This document shows, one piece after another, positions 46,541 through 58,499 of a stretch of 64,000 bases of DNA. Under the pieces are notes generated by a model, which saw only the letters and a list, made by a program, of their open reading frames with translations, was not told the origin of the DNA and made no database searches. Position 1 is the stretch's first letter, and every line of letters begins with the position of its first letter. The stretch is from assembly GCF_006345805.1 (NCBI RefSeq), contig NC_043008.1, positions 5,580,001-5,644,000 of the forward strand, given 5' to 3'. Origin of the DNA: Octopus sinensis (Eukaryota). Made by a program: the position numbers and the translations under genes.

Positions 46541-47653
46541 GGATCTTTTCGGTTCGAACGGCAGTTTTTAAAAATAATTTCCACGTAACTAAACACTTTT
46601 AAACTTCGTATACTGGTAGAATGGTATTTATAAAACATCTTTTTCTCTTGGCTTTCTTGAGAAAATTCTGTAGTTTGTAAGATATTTTCTTCAATTTTGG
46701 TAATTTCAACCAATCAATGACGTCTATTGAGGTGAAAACATTATCTACCGTAAAGTTTTCTGGCGGTGAAATATGAAAATGTCCCTCGTTTAAGAAACAG
46801 ATTGGGTTTATTTACATTTCTGAAGAAAAAAAAGATACCCTTCCCCCACCCTAACCCTAAAACAGATTGAAATGCAATAGATCGATATAAGGGTCATAAT
46901 TATGGGTGGACACTAAAGAGGGAACGGTTTTGTTATCCAGCTCTGTTTACGAGTGACCCCTCAGTTTATGGCCACAGGGTATCTTTTTTCTCAAAAAACA
47001 GGGACATTTCCATATGACGTCGCCATAAAATGTTACGGCAGAAATCGTTTTCACCTAAATATACGTCATTGATTGGTTGAAATCGCCAAAATGCAAGAAA
47101 TTAAAGACGAAATATCTTACAAACTATAGAATTTTCTCAATAAATCCAAGAGAAAAAGATGTTTTATAAACACATTCTAGCAGTATACGAAGTTTAAAAT
47201 TTTTTAGTTACATAGGCGAAGGAGTGGCTGTGTGGTAAGTAGCTTGCTAAACAACCCACATGGTTCCGGTTTCAATCCCACTGCGTGCCACCTTGGGCAA
47301 GTGTCTTCTACTATAGCCTCGGGCCGACCGATGCCTTGTGAGTGGATTTGGTAGACGGAAACTGAAAGAAGCCTGTCGTATATATGTATATATATATATG
47401 TATGTGTTTGTGTGTCTGTGTTTGTCTCCCTAGCATTGCTTGACAACCGATGCTGGTGTGTTTACGTCCCCGTTACTTAGCGGTTCGGCAAAAGAGACCG
47501 ATAGAATAAGTACTGGGCTTACAAAGAATAAGTCCCGGGGTCGATTTGCTCGACTCAAGGCGGTGCTCCAGCATGGCCGCAGTTAAATGACTGAAACAAG
47601 TAAAAGAGTAATAGAAATTATTTAAAAAAACTGCCGGTCAAAGCGAAAGATGC
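46541..47653. mobile_element. Non-autonomous DNA transposon with long TIRs, carrying a family A SINE (47214-47610)
   Basis: GGATCTTTTCGG...GCGAAAGATGC termini related to 14451-14801. 8-bp TSD TTTACGTT. Confidence 0.75.
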
Positions 47654-48449
47654 TTTACGTTTAAAAGAGGACGGGGTGTTTTGGTTTTTAAACAAGATTT
47701 TTACAGTGGGACAGAGAGAATCTGAAAATTAGAGATCTGCTCTGAATATATGCCGCTAAAAGCACAGGAAGACCAAAAATGGTGTTAGACCGAGCGATTA
47801 AACCTAGAATACGATTGAGGACGGCCGCAGCAGAAAAACAATTCCAGCAGCTTTTCTTGATGTAAAGTGAAAGAAGATAGTAAAAGGCGGAATTGTTCCG
47901 ATTTTAGTGAAAAACGAAATTTGAACTGTGAACGCACGTTACTTGGTTTGTCATCACGTGGAAAGAAAATTTTAAAAAATGCTTTTATTAATCAGAAGAT
48001 CATGTTCTTTGTTTTCATTGGGGAGAAATAAAAATTGTTGAGGATCTTTTCAAGTGATTAAATAATATTTTCGCCAGTTTTTCGATTTGTTTACGTTTTG
48101 TCGTATTTTAAGTAATATTTCTTCCTTGATAAACATCTCAATGAAAAGGATACAATAAATCATAAAAAAAATTTTTTTATTTCGTGTGTTACTTCATAAT
48201 TATTTATATTTCCTTATAAACAGATAAAAATCAGAATTTTTAAATAAATTTAGTTTTACGAAACTACCGAAGATGTTTTGGCGGAAATGACCGAGGCCTT
48301 AATTAATTGCGGCGGTCGTCCAAGGTTCACATTTCATTGGAGATTTTTAGAGAAATTTCATTATTTTGGAGGAAATTACCGAGTTTGAAGAAGAGCTGAA
48401 GTGAAATTGCAATTGTCCTGGTGTGGACAGTGAGAGGAAAAGAATAGAA

Positions 48450-48926
48450 ATGAAGAATAAGATTGATAATGTGAATCCTGTGATCTACCAGCGCAAATTG
48501 GATCGACATGTGCTCCCTGCCGAGGAAGACGAAAGCGTAATTGACGAAATCGATGTCCGGGAAATTTTCGATTTGGTCCGAAATATCAACGATCCTGAAC
48601 ATCCACTTACATTAGAAGAACTGAACGTCGTCGATGAAGATCACATTCAGATCGATAACAGCAGTAATCTGGTGACATTAGCCTTCACACCGACCATACC
48701 TCACTGTAGCATGGCCACACTAATTGGTCTTTCTATTCGTGTGAAGCTACTTCGCTCATTGCCAACCCGTTTTAAGGTGGACATTGCCATTGCCCCAGGC
48801 ACACACAATTCAGAACAAGCGGTCAACAAACAATTGGCCGACAAAGAAAGGGTCGCCGCTGCTTTAGAGAACAGTCATTTGTTGTCCGTTGTTAACCAAT
48901 GTCTCTCAACTAAATCAAAAACGTGA
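48450..48926 (+). CDS. CIAO2B: Cytosolic Fe-S assembly component 2B (FAM96B/MIP18), single coding exon, 158 aa
   Basis: Uninterrupted ORF with [62 protein letters not shown] and [18 protein letters not shown]. The ORF track start at 48423 is GTG; the first ATG is at 48450. Confidence 0.96.
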   Translation: MKNKIDNVNPVIYQRKLDRHVLPAEEDESVIDEIDVREIFDLVRNINDPEHPLTLEELNVVDEDHIQIDNSSNLVTLAFTPTIPHCSMATLIGLSIRVKLLRSLPTRFKVDIAIAPGTHNSEQAVNKQLADKERVAAALENSHLLSVVNQCLSTKSKT

Positions 48927-49421
48927 CAAGGTTTCTGTGAATGGGACAAGAATTCTTGCGTGAATATGTATCAATCCGGCCTCTACAACCTCCTTTGTTG
49001 TTATGTAATATAAATTATTTTGTTTATTATATTCATTTGTATAACCATTACAAGTTTTCCTTCCAAACTTATTATTTGTCCATGTTTTTTGGTTTTTATT
49101 TCTTCACTGATTTTTCAGTCATTGGATTCTCGTGATTTTTCTGAAGCATCGACTTGGCGAGTTTAGTCAAGATGCAGTATTTATTACTTTAACCTGTTTC
49201 TTATTTTATTGTCCTCTACCAAAGCAATCTTTATAGTTGTCACGCGTGTTTATGACTAACTCCAGGAAACAATATATATGAAAGCCCAATGAAATAAGAT
49301 ATATTCCTGGTTTAACGAAAAAAAATAAAGTTCTTTTATTCTGGGTAATTCAGTTTACATGCGTAAAAAAAATAGTGAAGGGACAACTAATTTTGAGACA
49401 TTGCATAACCAACAATAAACG

Positions 49422-49666
49422 GGTACTACTTAAGAAGAGTGGTCCCGGTGCGCGCACTCGCGTACTGGCGTAGTCGCGCTAGCTAGTCGTGACAAGTCGA
49501 TCCTTTGTGTTTTTGTGTTTTATTTACTTTGTTTAAAAAAATTATTTACTTTGTGTAAAAAATATCTATTTTGTGTTTTATTTATTTTGCTATGTAGTCG
49601 TAGGATCGACTAGCTAGCGCGACTACATGAGTGCGCGCACCGGGACCAGTCTTCTCAAGTAGTACC
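49422..49666. mobile_element. Merlin-family MITE
   Basis: GGTACTAC TIRs. Perfect 9-bp TSD CAATAAACG at 49413-49421 and 49667-49675. Confidence 0.9.
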
Positions 49667-50019
49667 CAATAAACGATTAAAAGGATATTGTACAGGGAAA
49701 CATGGCTTTTGTCAAAGAATGAACGGTGACAGATGGATTCTTCTCTTTATAAAGCTTTGCAGTTCTACACTTTTCCGTCAATCATGTCACCTCGTGTAAA
49801 AAAAGACCACAGGGTGAATTACAATTTTCACAGGTGTAGTTAATCGACGCCGTGCCAACCACTGAAGAATGTTGTCTTGTGATTCTGCCAATTGAGAGAG
49901 GATTGCCTGACGATTGAGGATCTAAACTGCGGGGCCGCTGGTCTTCCACCTGCGATTTCGATCGATCTGCAAAATATCAGACAACATATTTTGGTGTATT
50001 TAGTTATTGTCCCTTCACT

Positions 50020-50400
50020 CTTTCCTTTTACTCACACAAACTGAACAATTTACCCCAGGGTGGGTAATTGTTCGGTTTAGGGATATTAAAAAAGTAAATG
50101 AAAATTAAGGGGGAGATAACTAGTAAAGGGACATGAATACTGGATATAGCAACCAAAAAGTGAACAAATCTTGTTCCTCTCAATGGAATTACACCATATG
50201 AATTCGTGTAAATAGGACACAATCAATAATTGACGCCGTAGTTTCTGTTCCTCACGCATCCACATATTTCCAACATTTTGGGTGTGAACCTTATTTGGAG
50301 GATCAACGAAATGGTTTTCATGTACAATGGGCATTACTAGTTATCTCCCCTTAACTTTTATTTAATTCTTTTAATTACCCAAAACTTAACAATTACCTAA
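50020..50400 (-). mobile_element. Merlin/IS1595-like transposase remnant
   Basis: HENHFVDPPNKVHTQNVGNMWMREEQKLRRQ...SYLHEFIW. Its flank resembles that of 16385-16860. Confidence 0.75.
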
Positions 50401-50746
50401 TTCATTGTTGTGCAATGAAAATACGTGGGGTGATAAAATTTATAATATACTAACACGCGTAGTTTTTGAAACAGGTATACATCTGTCTGTTATCTGTCTT
50501 ATCTAAATTTGTATTTTTTCGCCCGTCAGCATAGACACCTGTATGGGTATATACCTTTGCGTATGTGTTTTACTGCTTTCTGTATTATGTCGGCTGATGT
50601 TTCCTCCCCAAATACACACCCTGCAAGGAGATATTTGAGAATATAGTCTTGAATGTCTAATACACCTACTCAATAAAACTCACCAACCAATAACAGAACC
50701 ATCGCTGCCATTTCCACACAATCACCACTACAACCACCAGCAAAAA

Positions 50747-51078
50747 GTACTACTAACGAAAAGTGGTCCGGGTGTGCGCATCCGCGCTAGCTAGTCGTAA
50801 GTAGTCGATGCTACAACTAAGTAAATAAATTATTTTTTATAAACAAAGGTTAGGGTTAAAAAATTTTTTTTTAGATTATTTATTTTGCGTTTTATTTACT
50901 TTGTTCGAAAAAAATTATATACATTGTTTAAAAAAAACGCATTTTCTTTGATATGTATTCAGCCTTGAACTACAAACATGTATCGCATACGTGCAAGTCG
51001 TTGTAGGATCGACTACTTACGACTAGCTAGCGCGGATGTGCGATGCGTGCACCGGGACCACTGTTCGCTAGTAGTACC
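50747..51078. mobile_element. Merlin-family MITE
   Basis: Same TIR family. TSD CAGCAAAA(A). Confidence 0.85.
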
Positions 51079-51363
51079 CAGCAAAAAATCTACTAACATT
51101 ATTACTCACCCAGCTCTGCCACCACAGATAATTAACACACGAATTTAGATAATGCAGTTCTGAAATGACCTTTGATCAATGAGAATTGATCCGAGGTTGA
51201 ATGATGCAAGCCATTGCTGATTAACAGTAACCACTGACACTACCATCACCAGCACGAAAGATAAAACAAAAAACAAAACATCAGCTACAAAAATACTGTC
51301 AACAATAATAACAACTGCGATTGTCAATACTTCGAACACCAACAATAACATCAACATCACTGC

Positions 51364-51701
51364 GGTACCACTTGAGAACAGTGGTCTCAGTGCGCGTAGT
51401 CGCGCATCCGTTCTAGCTAGTTGTGACTAGTCGATCGTACAACAACTACCTAGCAAAGTAAATAAAACACAAAATAAATCATTTTTTTACACAAAGTATA
51501 TAATTTTTGTTAAACAAAGTAAATAACATAGGCGCAGGAGTGGCTGTGTGGTAAGTAGCTTGCTAACCAACCATATGGTTCCGGGTTCAGTCCCACTGCG
51601 TGACATCTTGGGCAAGTGTCTTCTGCTATAGCCTCAGGCCGACCAAAGCCTTGTGAGTGGATTTGGTAGACGGAAACTGAAAGAAGCCCGTCGTATATAT
51701 G

Positions 51702-51734
<33 letters not shown>

Positions 51735-52014
51735 ATGTCTGTCTTTGTCCCCCCCAACATTGATTGACAACCGATGCTGGTGTGTTTACGTCCCTGTCAC
51801 TTAGTGGTTCGGCAAAAAGAGACCGATAGAATAAGTACTGGGCTTACAAAAAGAATAAGTCCCGGGGTCGAGTGCTCCAGCATGGCCACAGTCAAAATGA
51901 CTGAAACAAGTAAAAGAGTAAAGAGTAACACACAAAAACACAAAGTAAGGATCGACTAGTCATGACTAGCTAGCGCGAGTGCACGCACCGGGGCCACTGT
52001 TCTCAAGTAGTACC
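51364..52014. mobile_element. Merlin-family MITE interrupted by a family A SINE (51530-51927)
   Basis: Same TIRs. TSD CATCACTGC / CATCTCTGC. Confidence 0.85.
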
Positions 52015-53117
52015 CATCTCTGCTACTATCTTCCGTGCCACCTTTTTTATTGACCACCGCAACCAAGAACCACAGTAGCCCCTGTTAGTGTATCTAGTTA
52101 TCTGTCACCAAAGCAGAGTCCTTTCTCTCTCCCCACATCTAGCTTTTTGAAAAATTCCATTTCTTTTTTTTTCTTTCCTAATAACTTATTTCGGTGGAAT
52201 TCTAGTGTAAATACCTTGGTCAAACTAAAGGGTTTGACCCAGGTACAAAAAAAAAAAATACTGTAATAGGTGTAAAACAGTTTGACCAATACCTCATATA
52301 ACTTTTCATAACTTTTTCAGTTTTTTAGAATTTACAGAAAATGTTTGCACTTATCTATTCTACACACAGGAATTCGCAGGATTATGAAAAAAAAATTTTT
52401 GTACGTGATTTAAGGCCGATTTAGCTGGTGTTTTTAGCACAACCCACGACCACCTGATACCTTCCTCGTTTCTTTGTCACTATGATATGTATTGATGCTT
52501 TTCAATATTTTTCTCCCCACAAACACATTTAATGGAATGATGATGCATCCAATGACTGTCCATTGTTGGGATTTAAACAAGAAATTCAAACTGTCTGAAA
52601 ATTCCCAAAAATAAATGAAGGGTTACATGGGGTGCCTAAACAAGAATTCTGCCCTTATTTCCTCCTCTGACAGCCTTGTTGCTACATACAAAATATTTTT
52701 CTCTTTCCCAAAATGGACAAGTATCTGAAATTTGTTAGTTTTCTTTTCTTCCTCACAGAATACATCATCTTCCACAATTTGAATTATTTGATTTCCTCAG
52801 ATTCTACTGTTTTACTAAAGAATCTTGAACCTGCTACCTTACTATTACTTGAATAATGTCAAAACATCTACCAAAAACCTGTAACATGTGACAAAGTGAT
52901 ATCCTCTTCCTTTTTACTGGAATGTTTTTACCCTCACCCTCTGCTTCTTCAGCTCTCATATATTTTACAGTTATGGAAACCCAAACTGCTATTTTAAAGC
53001 TATCCAAGTGAAAATAATCCAAACCCCATTATCAATTAGTGAGGTGTTTAGCCCCTAAATTGGAAATTTTATTTTGTCCTAGAACAAAGCAGACTGGGGC
53101 CTGGTGCAGCTCTTCAG

Positions 53118-54269
53118 GGTGCTATTTAAGAAGAGTGGTCCCGGTGCACGCAGTCATGCATCCATGCTAGCTAGTCGTGACTAGTCGGTCCTACAATGAC
53201 TACCTAGCGCAAGTGCGTGTATGCAAAGTAATAGATGCGTGCATAAAATAAAATGGTTTTTTTTTTAAACAAAGTAAATAATTTTTTTTTAAACAAAGTA
53301 AATAAGTGCAAATACAACAAAGGTGGAATGCCAGAGGAGAGGTGGGTCTTTGGAGGATGGGATAGAGAAGACAAAAAAGGGTTTTTAGTCTTTGTACCTG
53401 ACCGTTCTTCTGAAACTTTTCTACCCCTTATTAAAAAATTTATCAAACCAGGTACGACCATATATTCTGATTGCTGGAGTGCGTACAATGGGATTACTGA
53501 AATGGACGTGACACCAAAACACACCCGTTTCAAGGTGAACCATTCCGAAAATTTTGTCGATCCAATAAGAAATGTCCACAGAAATTCGGTTGGATGTTAT
53601 TGGAAGAATGTAAAAAGACGTTTTAAGAGTATGATGGGGGTACACACAGACATGGTGGAATCATATCTAGACGAATTTCTTTGGTGAGAACAATATGGAA
53701 AAACTGGAAATGAATGTTTTGAAACCATTCTTAAGCACCTTTCAGAATGGTTCACCTTCCAGTAACTCAAATCAACTTCAACATTTTATTTTATTGTTTG
53801 GTGGTATTTTCGAATGAATTGCAAGAACTGTGTGATATTCAATTTTTTTTATTTGCTATGAAAGCAACCACATGCGATTTGGATAGCGAAAAGCAAGAAA
53901 GAAAAAATTATTTAGTTTGTTTTAAAAAAACCCTATTTAAAAAAAAACCCCATTTTATTTGATATATATTCACGCGCGTGAGTTTTATGCGTGCATCTAT
54001 TAATTTGCATATGCACACTCACGCTAGGTAGTCATAGGATCAACTAGTCATGACTAGCTTGCGCAAGTGCATGCACAGGGACCACTTTTCTTATTTGTTT
54101 AAAAACCCCATTTTATTTGATATATTTGCTTACGAGAGTTTTATGCATGCATGTGCGCATCTATTAATTTGCATGCATGTACTCACACTAGGTAGTCATT
54201 GTAGGATTGACTAGTCACGACTAGCTAGTGCGAGTGTGCGCACCAGGACTACTCTTCTTAAATAGTACC
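53118..54269 (+). mobile_element. Merlin (IS1595/IS1016-like) DNA transposon, internally deleted, with partial DDE transposase (ORF 53253-53687)
   Basis: KYNKG...WVFGG...VPDRSSETFLPLIKKFIKPGTTIYSDCWSAY...VNHSENFVDP...VHRNSVGCYW...SYLDEFLW. The N-terminal part is missing and the expected catalytic E appears replaced by G. TSD CTCTTCAG / CTTTTCAG. Confidence 0.9.
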
Positions 54270-55306
54270 CTTTTCAGTTTATCAGTTCTAGTCAAACCTT
54301 TGCCAGCATGGAAAACGGCCACCAAATGATGATGATTATGAGGATGAATGTGAAACCCAAATATTAATCAACTTTATAAGTAGTGTATATGATACAATTC
54401 TTGTGTATTGTTGGATCTTATTTACATAATCTTTTGCCTTCTGTATCCTACAAAAATAAATATTCTATAAAAAGCTGTTGAATGATGAATAGCTAAAAGT
54501 TTGGATTGGTTCTGGGAGAAGGAACTAAAGCTCAGCAAATATTGGTTAGAATCTAAAGGCAAAATATCATGATTTAAAGCTTCATACAAAATCAAAGTAC
54601 CACACCAAAGTAACACCTTCGAAGAATTCTATTCCCCCTACTTCAATATTCACACAGTCTAATAATGAATCCCCTAAACTTGAGGGATCAGTTTTTGTGT
54701 AGATGTGTTGCCATTTCTACTGTTAGGAATTGTAGTCATGAAGTTGACCTCTGTAAGAATATTGGTGAGAGTAAAACCATTGAATATGAAAATGTGTTGT
54801 ATAAGGTGTTCAAACGTTATTAAAATTCCATTTTGTGACCATTTTTTTGCTGTTTTAATAAATGCCATGGGTAATGGTAAATTTAGTTTGTTGTTAGAAT
54901 GAGTTGAATGGATATCACACCAATGGAACTACTTGATATTTCTATGAGGTATCCTTTAGTAAGAATGATATTGGGGTTGTCTACTTTGCTTGAACTTTGA
55001 GAACTTGATAAATGTACTGCTGATTATTATTGTAAAATGCCATTAAATTATTATTATTATTATTGTTAATAATAATAAAAACTAGGCTTGAAGTAACTTT
55101 TGGCAGTCAGTAATGAGACTGACAATGATGGTTTGTGTGTGTGTGTGTGTGTGAGAGAGGTCAAAAGATGATAGACCATCTTTCAAGTTTGCAGTTGGCC
55201 ACTTCTCATGCATCACACATATTAGATACTTAATTGTGGAAACAATTAAAAAAATTTTTTTTTACCTATTGGAGAACTTCAAGAATTTATACTAAATCCT
55301 TAGTGA

Positions 55307-55529
55307 ATATCTTCTGAACTTTCGAAATATTAGTCCAAATGACAGAAACGTGTTTTAAAGAAAGTTTGAAAAACAGTTTTTCAAAAAATACTTTGGAGGG
55401 AAACCATTATGAATGGTGATTTTATAATTGTTTCTCTCCAAAGTATTTTTTGAAAAACTGTTTTTCAAACTTTCTTTCAAAAACACGTTTCTGTCATTTG
55501 GACTAATATTTCGAAAGTTCAGAAGATAT
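55307..55529. mobile_element. Palindromic MITE (~100-nt arms)
   Basis: ATATCTTCTGAACTTTCGAAAT...ATTTCGAAAGTTCAGAAGATAT fold-back. Confidence 0.8.
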
Positions 55530-55711
55530 CTAAAAAAAATAACAGAGTAATTTAAGGAACTTTAATTAGTTTAATGATAGCAACGAAAGAAAACTTAATG
55601 TATATTTTTTTGGACATTAAATATCAAACAAAAAAAAAATGTCTTTGTGTTGTATTGTATAAAATTTCTTTCTTGGTCTGCAAAACTTTAGTTGCTGACA
55701 AATGGTTTTGA

Positions 55712-56010
55712 TAAGTTAACTTAAGTTAATTTTTTTGGCTCAAAAAGCAAAAAGCAAGGCCATGTAGGGGGACATGGAGTTATGTACAGGGTGGTGTTCA
55801 TGCAAAGAGTTCAGGCCATTTGTGGTCAAGGGAGACTTTGAACCGAGCGGTTGTCAGCATCTTCACTATCTTGTCCGGCAGCTTATTCCACGGATCCGCA
55901 ACCCGGACGGATTGAGATGAGATGAAATCGTCGCAGATAGAGCTTTTCGGAGTGACCCCGCAGCCGATGCTCAGGGTTAAATTGCCACTACTGCCTTTTT
56001 TTCCCTGCAT
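55712..56010 (-). mobile_element. CR1/L2-type LINE 3' fragment
   Basis: Near-identical to 6560-6820 ([11 protein letters not shown]...ARFKVSLD...WPELF). Confidence 0.75.
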
Positions 56011-56419
56011 GATTCACCCAAGGTCAATCAGTCATTGGTTATAGTGTCCATTGTAGGTCAGTTACCTATTTTGTGACATGAAGAAACAACAGGGTGGTAT
56101 TAAGAGAGAGAGAGAGAAAGATGAAGCTACGTGCGTTTTTGATGGCATTTACCAGTTGAAAAATGATGGCCATACGGAGTGTTTTATATGAACTCCTGCG
56201 ATATTCTTTTTGTGCCTAAAACGACAACATTGTTGACTTTATAGTTCTGAGACCCCCTTCGGTCACGACACTGACCATGGGATTGCACCTAGAAAGTTAC
56301 CCTCCTTGGCACAAGTCCGGGCAAGGTTGTTTATGGAAGACCAGAAGTCGCCCATGCATACCGGCCTCCCCTCTCCACGCCACCAGGACACTGCAGCCTC
56401 TTGAACTGAAAGGGGAGAT

Positions 56420-57080
56420 CATATGGAGGACAATGTCCAACCAGGAGCACAGCTATTTCATTTGCTGTTGGCGCATTAAACCTCCCTCCATGTTGACCAG
56501 CTGGTTTCTTGTCTGACCTGGTAACTACCTTGTATTTCCTGGAGTCTGATAGAATTGTTTCATGTGCAGTCTTGAAGCTTCTGATCAGGTTGTTGTTGCT
56601 GTTGTGCAGCATCGTTTGCAGAGGCACCACAGTGTTCACCCTCGAACCAGGAATGTTCTTGCACCTCTCTTGCCCTTCTTATTCAGAATCACCCATAAAG
56701 TATATTTGTTGGAATTTTTAGTGACTCATTTGACAGAAGTTGCAGAGAGCCGATATGATGATATATCTCTCTTTACTCTCTTTTACTCTTTTACTTGTTT
56801 CAGTCATTTGACTGCGGCCATGCTGGAGCACCGCATTTAGTTGAGCAAATCGACCCCAGGACTTATTTTTGTAAGCCTTGTACTTATTCTATAGGTATCT
56901 TTTTTTTGCCGAACTGCTAAGTTATGGGGACGTAAACACCAGCATCGGTTGTCAAGCGATGTTGGGTGGACAAACACAGACACTCAACATATACACACAT
57001 GTACATATATGTATACATATATATATACACACATATATATATATACATATATATACATATATACATATATATATATATAT

Positions 57081-57112
<32 letters not shown>

Positions 57113-57134
57113 CATATATATATACATATATCTA

Positions 57135-57181
<47 letters not shown>

Positions 57182-58051
57182 GACGAGCTTCTTTCAGTTT
57201 CCGCCTACCAAATCCACTCACTAGGCTTTGGTCGGCCCGTGGCTATAGTAGAAGACACTTGCCCAAGGTGCCACGCAGTGGGACTGAACCCGGAACCATG
57301 TAGTTCGTAAGCAAGCTACTTACCACACAGCCACTCCTACACCTAATTTTGTCTAATTTTGTTTTGGAAGTGCTTAGAATCTTGGTCAGTTGATGACAAC
57401 AGTTTCTTCAATGGTTCTGGAGGGTGGGGCATTGCAGGGAGTTTAACCATTCCACCACTGCAGCACAACCCAGGTATCTCTCCAGGCCACTTCCTTGCTT
57501 TACAATGTTTGCACTCAGTTGTCATTGCACCAATAGAAACTTCAGTGTCATCTGCATAATTAAATGCTGGATCATAGTTGAAAGCTGCTTCATAGAAGTT
57601 GCTTCTCTGAGCTGTTGCAACTGCTCTTCCTTCTGCAGTGGAGATCCTATTCCTTGTCAGGCGTGCCTACCACTGATCAGCAGTTTGAGATGATCAGGAA
57701 GCAGCAGTAGGCAACCAGCTTTCTTCTTTGACGCATAACTCTTGTTTCATTATCCTCAGATGCATTGCATTGGCTGCTGCTGTAGTGTGCAGTCTCTTTC
57801 TTGGCGTACTTCCCCTTTTTCAGGTGTCTCGCTTTCCATTGACAGGGTCGTTCTTTTGGCTGACATTGACATTGGGGACAAATTTGACACCTTCCTTCTA
57901 GGTATGGTTATTTACGGATACACAAAACACCGGTACAGAAGATGAAATTTTTTTATACTAGAAATCGTTACAACGGTAAACGCTAGACAGAATGAAGAAG
58001 AGAATGATAGAGTAAGAGATAGAAAGAGAGGAAGATAGAGAGATAGATAAA

Positions 58052-58116
<65 letters not shown>

Positions 58117-58480
58117 CACAGGTTCTGAAATGAAATAGAAGCGGTTATACATGCATGTGCGTGTCTAGCTAGCGGAAATTGACATTGAAAAACCTTTTCC
58201 AAGAAGTGAATCATATATAAAACTGTATTATTCATTCTATTTATTATTAATAAAGAAAAATAAATGAAGAACATAGACAGAATGAAGAAGAGAATGAGAT
58301 AGAAAGAGAGGAAGATAGATAGATACAGATATAACATGTTCTGGAATGAAATAGAAGCGGTTATACATACATGTGTGTGTCTAGGTAGCGGTAGTTACTA
58401 TGTGAAAACCGAAAGTAAACATTGAAAAACCTGTTGCTACATCAGTACCGGATGTTGACGTTGAAAAACCTTGGTTTCAA
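56420..58480 (-). mobile_element. Decayed autonomous-type Helitron, N-terminal Rep region, interrupted by a family A SINE (56770-57344)
   Basis: Peptides ECKHCKARKWPGEIPGLCCSGGMVKLP...PEPLKKLL...SKHFQNKIR and DKKPAGQHGGRFNAPTANEIAVLLVG are typical of Helitron RepHel. A degenerate start (ATA)PRRK lies near 57905. Confidence 0.85.
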
Positions 58481-58499
58481 ATTTTGGCACAAAGCCAGG

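Noticed and set aside
48423-48449. ORF-track start of CIAO2B
   Set aside because: The codon is GTG. The ATG at 48450 gives a normal-length protein.
56228-56375. GC-rich repeat considered as an HDV-like ribozyme at an RTE 5' end
   Set aside because: I could not build the nested double pseudoknot by eye, so it is left as an unidentified repeat.
56878-57310. Long YI/IY-rich ORFs, also near 1879-2272, 57912-58337 and 63275-63929
   Set aside because: (TA)n, (TG)n and (CTGT)n microsatellites lack stops in some frames, so these are not genes.
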